In this document: positions 24,906 through 38,695 of the stretch, in pieces
Layout of the letters: every line of letters begins with the position of its first letter
How positions within the stretch are numbered: the first letter of the stretch is position 1
Origin: Azolla caroliniana
Taxonomy: Eukaryota > Plantae > Polypodiophyta
Assembly (NCBI GenBank): GCA_043228905.1
Contig: JBHGNT010000022.1
Coordinates: forward strand, 6,386,001-6,450,000
DNA length: 64,000 nucleotides
Reading direction: 5' to 3'
Notes under the pieces: generated by a model
What the model was told of the DNA's origin: nothing
What the model saw: the letters and a program-made list of their open reading frames with translations, nothing else
The model's database searches: none
Position numbers and translations under genes: made by a program

Positions 24906-26274
24906 TTTCTAACAACTATGATCAAATGATTAATCGCCTATTTATTACTATAGTTACTTTTAACGATCTCAACCCCCCCTAATGTGTGAACTGCAGTTCA
25001 ATGCTTCCTCACTCAACATCAACCCACAATTGAGTTTGAAATGGGTGAAAACATCGTCTTCATGATCAATGGGTCTATGATATTGTTAGTTGTGTTCACA
25101 TTTTGACACATGGTCTACTTCTTTTTGAAAGAGTTGCTTTTGTACCAAAGTGGTTTTGCTCTTATTAACCAAAGTGGTATTCTCCCAAATTAGATTGCTT
25201 GAAGAGAAAGCCACAAATGATTCCTTGAAGGCATCATTGTTAGTTACACTGTACTTTGCTTTTAATCTTGACATCATCTTGCACTCTTGGAACTTGGACT
25301 CCATAATATTGCAGGAGTTGCAAAATTGAAGAAATACCTTTATTTCAAATTTATAATGTCTTCAACGTGCATAATTTCAAGTTAATGAAAAGTAATAGAT
25401 AGAAGCATGATCAAAGTGAGTAATCATCCATGAACTTGATCAAGCGCTTCATGTAAGCAGTACATAAGATTTCCACCATTGGGGTTATTGATGGATCCCT
25501 AGAGCACACAAAACCAGCCTCTCACCCTCTTACCCGTGTTATTTAAGCTCTCATAAAATATATTTGATATTGCATGGTTTTAATTCCTCACATTCACCAT
25601 ATTAGATTGCTCACTTGGAAATATTTGATCAAACACTAGGATTGCTCATAGAACATCATGGTTGTCTTCACGTCCGAATACTAAGATTAATGCCAATCGG
25701 TTAACTAAAAAGAGGAGACACGAAACTCTTTTTGTTAAAAATGGCACCAACACTTGGTCGCGGATCTTTCTCTCACACATGTACAGACATCTTAAAATGA
25801 TGTTATGATTAGACTGACATCAACAACATCGTGACTAACCCTTTCTAAGGTAAATCTCTGCGTTGAACCTTGGGGTGCACAGATTAATGCCTACATATAT
25901 AGGTGATACTTTTGTATCGCGAGGTTAGAGATGCGGCAACAATCACATCACACATGTATGGCAACGTCAAGGGTTTCTAATTACCACATATATATATATA
26001 CTATTAACTATAAATAAAGATTGTGGTTAATCCAAACGCAGGCTTTGAATAAATTATGATTGATTGGTCATTGCATGAGCTCTACTTTGCGAAGTAGGAG
26101 GAAAAGAAGAAGAAGAAGAAGAAGAAGAACTCAACAGTACATTGCATAGGTTCATCGTACATATACATCTTTTGGGGGAGAGGGTGGTTATGTGGGGTGT
26201 AATCTAGCAGGAGCAGAGGGAGCAGAGGGAGCAGAGGGAGCGAGGAGATAAGGATGATTGATGGTGTGTATCTT

Positions 26275-26816
26275 CTAGAGCGCGAGGCCAGAGTCATCAT
26301 CACCCTCAGGGAGGGAGGAGGAGTAAGTGAAGTAGAGGGCCCAGACAAGGGTAGCCACTCCCAGGAGGATCCAGATGAGGAGCGGGTTACTGAGTCCAAG
26401 CGAGAGCCCTGTCCCTTCCGTTGATAACCTCTCATCCACTAGCGCCATAGCCGGGTGAGTAGATGCCAGGAGTAATGATGAGGATGCCATGAAGCCACTC
26501 ACTGCCGCCGAAGCAGAAGATTGTGAAGAAGGAGAAACCTTAGTAGAGCTGCATGACACTTTCAGGTTCCTCCTCAATGTTGGTAGGCCTGGAAACACTC
26601 AAATATTTTCAATTTCAAATTAGTTAGCTTGTTACTACTGACTGACTAACTAACTAACTAACTAACTAACTATAGGAGGGAGGAGAAGCAGCAGAAGGAT
26701 GATCGCTTACCCACGATATTTAGGGGTTTGGCATCAAATGAGGAGGAAGAAGAAGAAGAGAAGAAGGTGGTTGAGATGGCAGACGATGCCACTGCAGATG
26801 CGGACACAGGGGCCAT
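26275..26816 (-). CDS. psbW: Photosystem II reaction centre W protein, chloroplastic; two exons (26816-26711, 26588-26275), 139 aa
   Basis: Mature sequence [55 protein letters not shown] is diagnostic; Ser-rich transit peptide, AMA lumenal cleavage site; phase-1 GT..AG intron 26710-26589 gives an open 420-nt CDS. Confidence 0.95.
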
Positions 26817-26959
26817 GGCTGGCAAATGGAGATCTCTCTCTCTCTCTCTCTCACTGACTCTGTGTGTGTGTGTGTGTGTGTGTGTTTGTTGACAGAAGAA
26901 AATGATGGATACGATTTGTTTGGGGGTTGGGGGGGGGAGGCGGAGTTTGTGCGTGAAGT

Positions 26960-27250
26960 GAATGGATAAGGGCGTCTCTCTGATTAGCCCCTCGCAGACC
27001 GCCACGTGGCACGCTCTTTATATCCCCTCCCATTCATTCATGGATAAGAGGGGGGGGGTGGGGGGGAGCGATATTCTTGTAAATATAAGGAAATTGCGGA
27101 GTGGAGGATATTCTTTGGGAACCCCCACTTAAAAACCTAGCTTTTGTTATGTAAGTTGTGAAAGGTTTCTTACTACTTCCATTCGGATTTGTAAGGATGG
27201 TTACTAGCACTCCCATGGCCATAGCCACCACACAACTAGACACGTGGCTC
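26960..27250 (-). promoter_or_regulatory. PsbW upstream light-response module: palindromic G-box GCCACGTGGC (27001-27010), I-box GATAAG (26965, 27043), second CACGTGGC (27241)
   Basis: Motifs visible 150-430 bp upstream of the ATG; function inferred from known photosynthesis-gene promoters. Confidence 0.6.
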
Positions 27251-27809
27251 TAAGTTTGGGAGGTTAGGCCTTTCAATGCCCAATGGAGACCAAGAGGTCA
27301 TGGGTTCAACCCTTACAGTCCACAATGGCATCTAGTAAATTAACCTCTAAGAGTTAATGAGTCCATATAGGGAAAGACATTGTATAACTTTTCACACAAA
27401 AATGTAAATTGGAGCACACATGCTAATAAGGTAACAACTTACCACTAGGATAATCTAATTATGATAAAAGAGAGAGAGAGAGAGAGAGAGAGGAGGTGGT
27501 CATGGGTTAAACCCTTGCATTCCACAGTGGCATCTAGTAAATTAAGAGATATGTATGAAGTAATAGGGAAGTGAGAAATTGGGTTTCAAACCCAAGACAC
27601 AAGTGTTAATAGTATAACAACTTACCACTAGGGTAAACTAATTATAATGAAAAAGATGTATTTATTTTAATATCGTCATCACAATTCAACTATAACCTAT
27701 GAGACTAGAATTATAACATTTTGCATAAAAGGATTAAGATGTATATTAAGCCAAAATAGCAACATATAAGATTTTCCTAATAATTAACATTATTAATGTA
27801 AGCAATATA

Positions 27810-29629
27810 TATTAAGATATTAGAAAATACTTTACCATGAATAAAGAACCATGAAGGTTCACATGTAACTGTTTTACTTCAAGAACCGTGAAGAACATAT
27901 GTAATTGCTTTCCAATATTGTACCTATATATCTATCATCAATAAGAATCATTATGTTAGGGCGTTTTTATACATAGAAGCTTTATTATCTAGAATACTTA
28001 CATGGTATCAGAGCCAAAACAATCCTAGATATCCATTTTCTCTCTAAGCATTCTCTACATGTCGATCTGGAAGGTCTGCAGAAATGGCTTCAAGTGAAGG
28101 AACATCAATGGCCTCAACATCAACATCAACAACACCTACCACAAGAAAGTATTTTATCGAAAAATTAAACGAAAATAACTATAGGATGTGGAAATTAAAG
28201 ATGGAACTCATCCTACAACGAATGGACCTACTTAGAATAATCAAAGGTGAGATTGAACAACCAACCACAGAACCTGAAACAACAGAATGGAAGATGAAAG
28301 ATCTAGATGCAAGGACTGAAATCATCATGCATCTAACAGATAGACAAGTCGATCTTGTCAAACACCTTGAGTCGTCTAAAGAAATGTGGGATCTTCTTAA
28401 AGAACACCACGAACCATCAGATCGAACCACAAAAGTCCTTTCATTTCGTTACCTCATCACTTTGGAAATGAAAGAGGATGACTAACTTGACACCTTCATC
28501 AACAAATATCAATCTGCATATGATACAACAATTTCAGCGGGCAACAAGATTGATGAAGAAATGAAGGTAGACATCATGTTTGGAGCCTTACCAACTTCAT
28601 GGGGCCCATTTATAGTGATCGATGGGGCTGATCCAACACTTTCTTTACAAAATCTGATCTCCAAGATGAAGCAGGAAGATCTTCGAAGGAGAAAACCTCA
28701 AAATGTCTCAAACAATCCACACATGGCAATGATTGCTGCGATGAAGTATCAGAGAGGTAATTTTAATAGGAACAAATTCCAAAACAATAATAAGTACACA
28801 AAGAACATACCAATTATACAGGATGGAATCAAGGTCCAGAATAAAAAATCGTTCCAAAATCAAAATTCCAGTGCCCTTAGTATTTCCTCTCAAATCATTT
28901 GTCGATATTGTGGTAAGGTGGGTCACATGGAAAGAGACTGCAGAAAGAAGCAATACGATTACATGAATAAGAGTAAAAGAAACTCATCACATGTTCACAC
29001 AACCTCAATACAAAACCAACAAGAAGATACTGACCCTTTTATCCAAGCATTTGTGGCAACCAACTAGAACTTCAATGTGGAAAATTTATGGTTATTTGAT
29101 ACAAGTGCAACCCATCATCTTACCCACAGTAGAAACCTTCTTCATGATTACATCCAACTTCCTACACCTTTAGAAGTTCTCTTTGGTGATAATGTAGTCA
29201 AGTTGGCTTTAGGAAAGGGAACAGTTCATCTGTCAATAGACAATGATCAAACAATTAGTATATCCCATGTATATTATGTTCCTGGCTTGGCGAAGAACTT
29301 GCTGTCTCTAAGTGAAGCCACGAAAAATGGTGCAATAATTGAATTTCATTACAACAGTGAAATTATCAAATATACCTTACCTTTAGGACAAGTTGTAAAG
29401 ATAGTGTCTCCCAAACATGGAAGACATTACCCCCTTGAAGCTATGGACAAAACACCAATTGAAGCACACATTGCCTCAAGAAACCCTCAAGTTGATCATA
29501 CTTTACTATGGCATTATCGGCTCGAACATCTACATCCAAGAGTCATGAAGACATTTCAAATTCATAAGCTTAGAGAGGGTATGCCAACACATCCATTTAC
29601 ATACCTTTCACTTGTGAAGGATGTATTTA
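27810..29629 (+). mobile_element. Ty1/copia family D 5' part: short LTR (~27810-28002), PBS-Met, gag, protease, GAG-pre-integrase; cut off by a family A LTR
   Basis: TGGTATCAGAGCC at 28003; KLNENNYRMWKLKMELIL, CRYCGKVGHMERDC, WLFDTSATHH, LLWHYRL; LTR start approximate. Confidence 0.88.
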
Positions 29630-32600
29630 TGTTGGGAAATCGGTCTCTCCGGATGGGATCCGGTGATGAATAAAGAGGACCCGGTGAGAACCGGAAGAGA
29701 TCCGGAAACTGGAGGAGAGCCGCAAAGAACCGGAAAAGAAGACATATCTGTAAATATGTTTTGAGTAAGTCTATTGAGGCTATATTTGTAAATAGCCCTA
29801 AGTTCATATAAGTATAAATATGACTTAGGGCAATCACTTTGAAAGTGTGTTGTTAAGGTTGTTGATATTGTTGTAGGTGCATAACTCCTGTACAGAGAGC
29901 GATAGAGAGGGAGAGAGAGATACATAGCGATACTCTGTTGTAACCGCCGCCTGGCGAAGAAACCGAGCTCGAGGTCATTGCCTACGAGTCTCTGATTGTA
30001 CCCCTTCTCTTCATAGTGATAGTTCAGAGTCTGTGGGCTCCTGTGATTTTTCCCATTCAGGGTTTTCCACGTAAACATCATGTGTCATTTCTGTGTACTC
30101 TCTCGTTCTTTCCATTTCTGTGATTCAAGACTCGGTTGTGGCCGAGCAATATTCCGCGATTCTCTACAAACTATTTTATCAGAGCGAACAACACAAAAAA
30201 TGGAAGAATCGTTCGGCGGCATGTTCAAGCTCACCGGCTCCAACTAGTCAGTGTGGAAGTCGAAGATGAGGGATATGTTGGTGCTCAAAGATCTTTGGTT
30301 GCTGGTTCAATTCGGGGACAAGAGACCGGATAAGATCGACGCCACAGTGTGGGAGGCATACATCCGGTGCTTCATCGACATGAGCCTGTAGAACAACTTC
30401 AATGAAGAGAGCAAGGCTCATGAATTCTGGGAGAAGAACGACATCATGTTCCAGAACAAGAATGTCTTTAATCGGGTTTCGGTATTCCGGAAGCTAGTGA
30501 GGCTCCGGTACCAGGATGACTCCGGTATGGCGGAGCACATGAATGCCTTCCAAAGGCTAATAAACCACACAACCTCGTTGGAAGTACCTCTCACTGATGA
30601 GGTACTCGCATTGCTCTTGCTCGGTTCCCTCCCGGACAACTGGGAGACGTTAGTTGTTAGGTTGGGCAACGCCGGGCCAGAAGGAAAATAGTTGTCCCTA
30701 GCAAGGGTAAAATCAAGCTTGCTAGATGAAGAAGCTCGCCGGAAGGACCGGGAGTCCGGAACCGATCCGAAGGCCTTGGTCACGGAAGATGACCACAACC
30801 GGGGAAGAGGCCGGTATCGGAGTCCCCAAAACCGGGACAAATCGGGGATGAGGTCAAAGTCGGGGGAGGCCTACGTGCTTCTATTGCGGGATGCCAGGAC
30901 ATTTCCAGAAGAATTGTCGGCATTTCCGAAAAGAGAAAGAAACCGGCACTACCGATTCGAAGAAGAGTTTGGACCGAAACGGTTCGGACCGGAGAGACCC
31001 GGATCGGAAGGGAATGTCGGCGATCGCGACAAGTGAAGAAGAACTGATGCTCATTACCGAAGAGAATGAGTTAAACCTTGTCGGCGAGGAAACAACGTGG
31101 GTTGTCAATTCAGGAGCGTCGTTCCACCTGACACCGGACTGGAAATGCTTCTCATCCTACACAACCGGTGATCATGGTTGTGTCCGGATGGGGAATGAAG
31201 TGTTGAATACGAGTGTATAATGGCCATATTCACACTGTCCCTTTGGACAGCCCAAGTTCGGGCTATTTCTGTAAATAGCATAAAGGGCAGTTGCCCTAGG
31301 ATAGTCACTATTTAAAGTGACTTTCTAACCTTTAGTGTGTGTTTGTTGTCATTTGTAACTATTGCTATTGGAATATAACGTTTCCTTTGTGCCTCTCTCT
31401 CTCTCTCTCCCCCTTAGTGTCTATCTTGCTCATGCATACAAAGGTTCTTCTTCATCACGAATGTTGCTTGCACTTCCGCATTGACGGCCTTGTCCCCAAC
31501 ATTTGGTATCAGAGCGTTGGAGGTTCTTCAACCCGCTGCCGACCGTCATCGCACAGCATAACATTCTGTTTTCATTTTCTTTGAAGAACAGAGAAGGGAG
31601 AAGAAAAAAACAAAAACCTCGCATCTCACTGTGTTAAATCACAAATTGGAGTAAGCCAATCGGTTGTACTCTGTTCCTGTGATTGTAACCGCTTGAGGGG
31701 AGCTCCTTGAGCAACAACCGACCCAATCGTGCTTCATTCGGTTAAACAACGTCCGAATAGGTCACCGAACACTATTCACCCGCTTGCTGTAACCACCCGC
31801 TGCAGATTGGTCTCCACGCAACAACCAAATTCGTGCTTCACTTGGCTGATTGACATTTGGGAGGATCAGTCGGATCCGTCCCCCTCATCGTTGTAGTCAT
31901 CCGAAGCAGAATCGGCCCAAACAATCGGTTTTGTATAATCGGTATTCAGCATACAATCAGAAGCTAACCAGGCTTACTCTGACTCGGCAACATTTGGGAA
32001 GACCAATCGGTTCTGTCCCTCAAGTTACCGGAGTCACTCCGAGCAAGTTCAGCAACAACTATCCGAAACCAAACCGACTCGGGTTCAAAACTGACTAGAA
32101 CGATATCGGGTGAGCCGACCGGCTGCACCCCACTAAGGTTCGTAGTCAACTCCGAACCGAGTCTTACCAACCGAAACCAAAGCAGATGGCATCAACATCC
32201 GGCTCATCGGAGATGAGTCTAAGGAGGTTCAACGATTCGAACTTCAACTTTTGGAAGGAACAAATGCAGGACTATCTCATAGTCAAGGGTCAGATTGACC
32301 CGATTGAGAATGAAAATCCTCTAGTAGCATACAAGGCAAACGAGTGGCTAAAGCTGGACAGAATCGTCCACGACACGATTCGGATGCACTTGTCGGAGTC
32401 AGTGTACTTCACAGTGCAATCATGCACGACAACGTTTGAACTTTGGAAAACACTGTCAGAAACTTATGAAAACACTGGCATGAGGAGGTCAACTACGTCG
32501 GCTCTTCAGCCGAAATTTTGATGACCAACCCGAACATACTGTCCATAGAGAACCCAGTCGAATCAGAAGTTCTGCTTATGACTGAGGAATCGAGCACATG

Positions 32601-35600
32601 GCTCCTGGACTCGAGCGCATCGTATCATGTGACACCTCACCAATCTCAGTTTCGGCAATAGTCGGACCGGCACTTCAACTCAATTCAAGTCGGAAACTTG
32701 CAGCACTGTGCTATAATTGGAATCGGCACCGTAGAGCTGAATCTTCCGAGAGGCTCTACACTCGTACTACACAACATCTGACACATTCCTGAGCTTTCAA
32801 GACCCTTGATCTCAGTCGAACAACTTGACGAAGCCGGCATCCGCGCCGGATTCTCATCAGGAGGGTGGACACTCCACAAAGGGAACCTCCTGCTTACTCG
32901 AGGACCAAAGGTACATTCCTTGTATCCTTTATATGTCACACTCAAAGAGGGTGACTTATTTTTGGTTGATATCCCCGTGTCATCGTTATGGCATGGACGA
33001 CTTGGACACCTCAGCAAGGTCGGCATAACGCACCTATCCAGAACCGGTTACATCCCCAAACTCTCCTTCTCGGATCACCAATTCTGCGAGCATTGCCAAT
33101 ACTGCAAACAGGTAGCCACATCACACCTGACATCAGCACCAAGAGAATCGAGTCCCCTCGATTTGGTCCACTCGGATGTCTGTGGCCCGATGCCACATCA
33201 GTCTCTCGACAGTGCTTCGTACTTCGTCAGTTTTATTGACGACTCGACTCGGAAGGTGTGGGCTTACCCCATCGGAAGGTGTGGGCTTACCCCATCAGAA
33301 CCAAAGATCGGGTGTTCTCGATCTTCTTTGAATGGCTTGCAATGGTCGAAAATCAGACCGGTCGGAAACTGAAATGTCTCCGAACCGACAATGGAGGAGA
33401 ATTCAAGTCTGAAGAATTCGTCAAATTCGGTTGGGAACGCGGCATTCGACGTGAATATACGGCACCCTATACTCCAGAGCAGAACGGAATTGTTGAATGC
33501 ATGAATCAGACGATTCAAGAACGCGTAGTATCCATGCTCCAACACTCCGGACTGTCGGATGGCTTCTGGGCGGAGGCTCTACTTACGACAGTACCCATAA
33601 TTATTAATATGTCGCCAAGTAGACCTCTAGGAGTTCAAATACCTCAGGAAATATGGATCGGCAGTAAGCCGAATTATGACAAACTGAGGATCTTCGGTTG
33701 TGAGGCGTATGCTCTCATACCGAAAGACGACCGCTAGAAACTTGAACCAAGGTCAAGGAAATGTGTTTTTCTTGGATATGGACCCGACGGCGAGATCGGA
33801 TACCGACTCTGGGACCCCGAGCACAGACAAATCGTCTGAAGTTCGGATGTCGTGTTCAACGAGTCGGCTATGCATAAAACGGCCGAAAGGCCTATTGAAG
33901 TGCGAAGGGTAATATTTTCTGAAGTGCCAACCCTTCATGACGGCCCAGCCCACAACACAAGATCGGTTTCATGGGTAACCGACAACACTCGCACCGAATC
34001 CACCGATTCGGCATAACCGAATGGCTCGGCTCCCGACTATCCGACATCGACACCCGATGCGACTAGTCCAGTCATACCTCATAGATCCGAGAGACTATCG
34101 CAACCTCCAGAGAGGTACTCTCCCAGAATTTTCTTTACCGACACCGGAGAATCGACGTCTTAGGAAGAAGCATCGGCATCTACCGATTCAACCACATGGC
34201 ATCTGGCGATGGAGTTAGAAATGCACTCCATTCGGGAAAACAAAACTTGGGACTTGGTCGCATTACCGAAGAATTGACGTGCTGTTCCGTGTAAGTGGGT
34301 CTATCGACTAAAAGAGACGTCTGACTCGACCACCCCAAAGTACAAGGCTAGATTAGTTGTGAAAGGATTTCGACAAGAATATGGTGTCGACTTCGACGAA
34401 ATATTTTCACCAGTGGTCAAAATGACGACCCTTCATTTCATGCTCGGCGTTGTGGTCGTCGACAACTTGGAGCTGATTCAGCTAGATGTAAAAACGACAT
34501 TCCTCCACGGTGACCTACAAGAGGAAATCTATATGGTGCAGTCGAAAGGCTTTGTGACACCCGGCCAGGAACATCTAGTCTGCCGACTCAAGAAGAGTCT
34601 CTACGGCCTGAAACAAGCACCCCGACAGCGGTACAAGAAGTTCGACGACTTCATCCAATCGGTCGGCTTCTCAAAGAGCGATGAGGACCACTGTCTCTTC
34701 ACCAAAACATCTCAAGACGGGTCTCCCGTCTTCCTCATCATCTACGTGGACGACATGCTACTCTCCGGTCGGCATGCCGGTGAGCTCACCGAACTCATTC
34801 GGCAACTGCGGTTGAAGTTTGCCATGAAGGACCTCAGTCTAACAAGACCCATACTTGGTATGAAGATTAGTCGGTATCGCGATACACAACAATTTTTCTT
34901 GTCTCAAACCGACTACATTGGACGTATCTTAGAACGCCTCAACATGCAATCGGCCAAGTCTGCTTTGACCCCGCTCCCCATTAACCTTCGGCTATCTCAG
35001 CGAGTCTATCCGACATCTAGTCCGGAGGGGGAAGATATGAAGTCGGTATCGTATGCACCAGCAGTCGGCTCCCTCATGTACGCGATGGTCGCGACACAGC
35101 CTGATATTTCTCACGCCGTAGGAGTCGTCAACAGATTCATGCACAACCCCGACCGATCGCACTGGAACACAGTCAAGCATGTGTTCAGATATCTAGCTGG
35201 CACAAAAGACCACGACATTCTTTTCAGCTTGAACTCAACCTCAGGCGTAGTCGGTTACACCGACTCAGACTTCGCCGACTGTGCGGACAGTTGCAAATCA
35301 ACAACCGGATACTGTTTCAAATTCGGCAATGGAGCAATCTCGTGGAAGTCAAAACTTCAGGAGTGCACAACCACCTCAACGACCGAAGCAGAATATGTAG
35401 CTGCGTCTGACGCGACAAAAGAAGCTTTATGGCTCGGTCGGCTGGCGCACACGTTTCGACAGGTCGACTCCGACTCGGCTCCAGTTGTCAACAGTGACAA
35501 TCAGGGTGTTGTTGCTTTGTCAAAAAATCCGGTTCACCACAATGCCTCTAAGCATATCGACGTTCGATATCACGTCATTCGGGATTGCGTCATTTCAGGG

Positions 35601-38593
35601 AAAATTGGTCTCGAGAAGATATCCACAACCGATAATGTCGCAGATGGAATGATCAAGTGTCTTTCAGCGGATCGTTTCTGGTCCCTTCGGCACCAGATGG
35701 GCGTAATGAAAAATTGGTCCGGTTAAAGTTGGACACACAACATAGGATGGTTTCGAACCACCGACATCAGTTCTCTGAGGATCGGCTTTAGCTCTTCCGA
35801 GCCGACCGATTCGGTCTTCTGCCTTCGGATCTTGCCGACTCTAACAAAACCGATCTGTCCGATAAACCTTGTATATATACATGTAATTCTTTAAGATAAC
35901 CCATGTATACGCCCATTACGGGGGATTGTCGAATACGAGTGTATAATGGCCGTATTCACACTGTCCCTTTGGACAACCCAAGTTCGGGCTATTTTTGTAA
36001 ATAGCATAAAGGGCAGTTGCCCTAGGATAGTCACTATATAAAGTGACTTTGTAACCTTTAGTGCGTGTTGGTTGTCATTTGTAACTGTTGCTATTGGAAT
36101 ATAATGTTTCCTTTGTGCCTCTCTCTCTCTCTCTCTCTCTCCCCCTTTGTGTCTATCTTGCTCATGCATACACAGGTTCTTCTTCATCACGAATGTTGCT
36201 TGCACTTCCGCATTGACGGCCTTGTCCCCAACATGAAGGTACATGCCGAATTGTCGGCATAGGAGATGTGTTGTTGACGACATCAAGCGGATGCAAGTTA
36301 TTGCTGAAGGATGTCCGACACGTTCCGGAGGTTCGACTAAACCTGATATCAGCCAGTTGGCTAGATGATGAAGGTTACATGGGTAGCATCCGAAACAGAG
36401 TCATGAAGTTCAGAAAAGGGAGTCTAATAGTGGTTCGAGCCTAGAAGATCATCACACTATACTTGATGAATGCCCGGATATGCCAGGAAGAAGTGAACGT
36501 AGCATTCGACACTTCCGGTGAGCTTGGCGCAAAAGACAGTGTCACATGAATGAGAAGGCGATGAAGAGGCTTACCGAAGACAACCTCATTCCGGTGAAGG
36601 ACGTGCAACTTGAGAAGTGCATTGATTGCTTGGCCGGCAAGCAAAACTGAACCTCCTTCCGGTCAAGACCACCGATGAGACGGAATGCACCACTGGAGCT
36701 GGTGCATACCGATGTGTGTTAAGTGGACACGAAGCCACATGCCGGATCACAGTACTTCGTGACATTCATAGAAGATCACAGCCGAAAGTTGTGGGTCTCA
36801 CCATTGAAGACGAAGGATCAGGTGCTAACCATCTTCAAGGAACTCCACGTGAGAGTGGAAAGAAAAACCGGTCGGAAGCTGAAGGCGGTTCGAGCAGATA
36901 ACGAAGGAGAATACCGGGGGCAGTTCGCGAAGTACTGTCGGTGGAAGGGAATCTGGCTCGAATTCACCGTGCCGAAGACGCCGTAACTAAACGGGCTGGC
37001 CGAAAGGATGAACCAGACCATAATGGAGAGAGCTCGGAGCATGCTCGTAGATGCCAAGTTACCCAAGACGTTTTGGGCTGAGGCGCTGACGACGACGACC
37101 TACGTGACAAACAGATCACCCTCAGTACCCTTGGGAGGAGACTCATCTCAGAAGGTATGGATTGGCAAAGATGTATCTTACCGGCATCTGAAGGTGTTCG
37201 GGTGTCTTGCATACGTGCATATGGCGAAGGACAAGAGAGAAAGGTTGGATCCGAAGTCCCGGCCATGCATATTCCTTGGATACGGCGACGATGAGTTTAG
37301 TTACCAGGTGTGGGATCTGGTCGACAAGAAGGTGTTCCGGAGTCGGGACATAGTCTTCATGGAAGACAGGACCATTGCCGGCTGGGAGTCGGAGAAGAAG
37401 ATGACCAACTCTGGATCATCCAATGAAAACCGGCCTAAGGACACAAGGGCCTACCCAGTTGAAAACCGGATGTTAGCCGATAACTGGATGACACTTGACG
37501 AACCGGCCGGATTCGGACAAGAAACTGAACTAACCGAAGAAGAAGAAGAAGAAGACACCGTAACCAGACAAGATCCCAAATCGGATTCAGACTCGGAACA
37601 GACGGAGGAATCGACAGTCAAAAACTAGGGACAGAGATATCCTCTCCGGGAGAGAAGAGCCTCCGGGAGATTTCCGGATGCAGAGCATGTGTTGCTAACC
37701 GATAAGGGGGAGCCGGAAAGCTTTGAGGAAGCAAGGGGAGACACCCACAACCACAAGTGGTTGAGTGCCATGCAGGATGACATGGATTCCCTGCATGAGA
37801 ACCACACATACGAATTAGTGGAGTTGCCGAAAGGAAAGAGGGTACTCTGGAACAAGTGGGTGTACATGTTGAAACTGGGAGATGCCGGAAATCCACCAAG
37901 GTATAAGGCCCAAATCGTGATGAAGGGCTTCCAACAAAAGAAAGGCGTGGACTTTGATGAGATCTTTGCCCCGGTAGTAAAGATGACATCCATCCGGACG
38001 GTATTGAGCATAGCGGCAAGCATGGACCTCGAGGTAGAGCAACTGGACGTCAAGACGACATTCCTACACGGAGACCTTGAAGAAGAGATCTACATGAATC
38101 AACCAGAAGGATTTGAGAGGAAAGGGAAGGAGCACCTGGTGTGCTGACTGAAAAAGAGCCTATACGGACTGAAGCAATCCCCCCGGCAATGGTACCGGAA
38201 GTTCGACTCCTTCATGACCGACCAAGGGTACCACAAGATGGAAGCTGATCACTGCGTGTTTGTGAAGAAGTTTGACGGAGGAGACTTCCTGATACTCCTC
38301 CTATATGTGGATGATATGATAATCGTCGAACGAGACCAAGTCAAGATTTGGATTCTGAAGAAGGCTCTGAACCGGACCTTCTCAATGAAAGACTTGGGTC
38401 CAGCAAGACAGATATTGAGAATGCACATCATCCGGGACTGGCCGAAGAAGTTGGTGTGGTTGTCAAAAGAGAAGTATGTGACAAAGGTGCTTCAACGGTT
38501 CACCATATCAGAGGCGAAACCGGTTGGATCGATACTTCCGGCAAACTGCAAGCTATCCGGAAAACAAAGCCCGAGGACAAAGGCGGAGAAGAC
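29630..38593 (+). mobile_element. Ty1/copia family A element (5' LTR ~29630-30168, degenerate PBS, gag-pol to mid-RT), interrupted by copia C and truncated at ~38593
   Basis: LTR begins TGTTGGGAAATCGG like 54811; gag 30200-31200; resumes at 36239 restoring GNEG-TCRIVG; INT 36723-37628; RT 37689-38590 (LDVKTTFLHG, LYVDD). Confidence 0.92.
31201..36233 (+). mobile_element. Ty1/copia family C element with both LTRs, nested in copia A; gag internally deleted
   Basis: LTRs 31201-31501 and 35927-36233 (~12 substitutions, CT microsatellite length change); TSD TGAAG at 31196-31200 and 36234-36238; PBS TGGTATCAGAGC 31504; RT/RH ORF 34359-35726 (IYVDD, GYTDSD). Confidence 0.96.
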
Positions 38594-38695
38594 TTTAAGT
38601 CCAACAAGTCTTACAACGCATCATACAATAACTCAAATCATATATTAAAGGAGACTTTTACAATTAGTCATATGCATTTAACCTAATAGTAAGTC

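Noticed and set aside
26636-26672. (CTAA)n as a telomere-like or branch-point array
   Set aside because: It is a short tetranucleotide microsatellite in the PsbW intron; it is not TTTAGGG, and the CTAAC motif is on the antisense strand.
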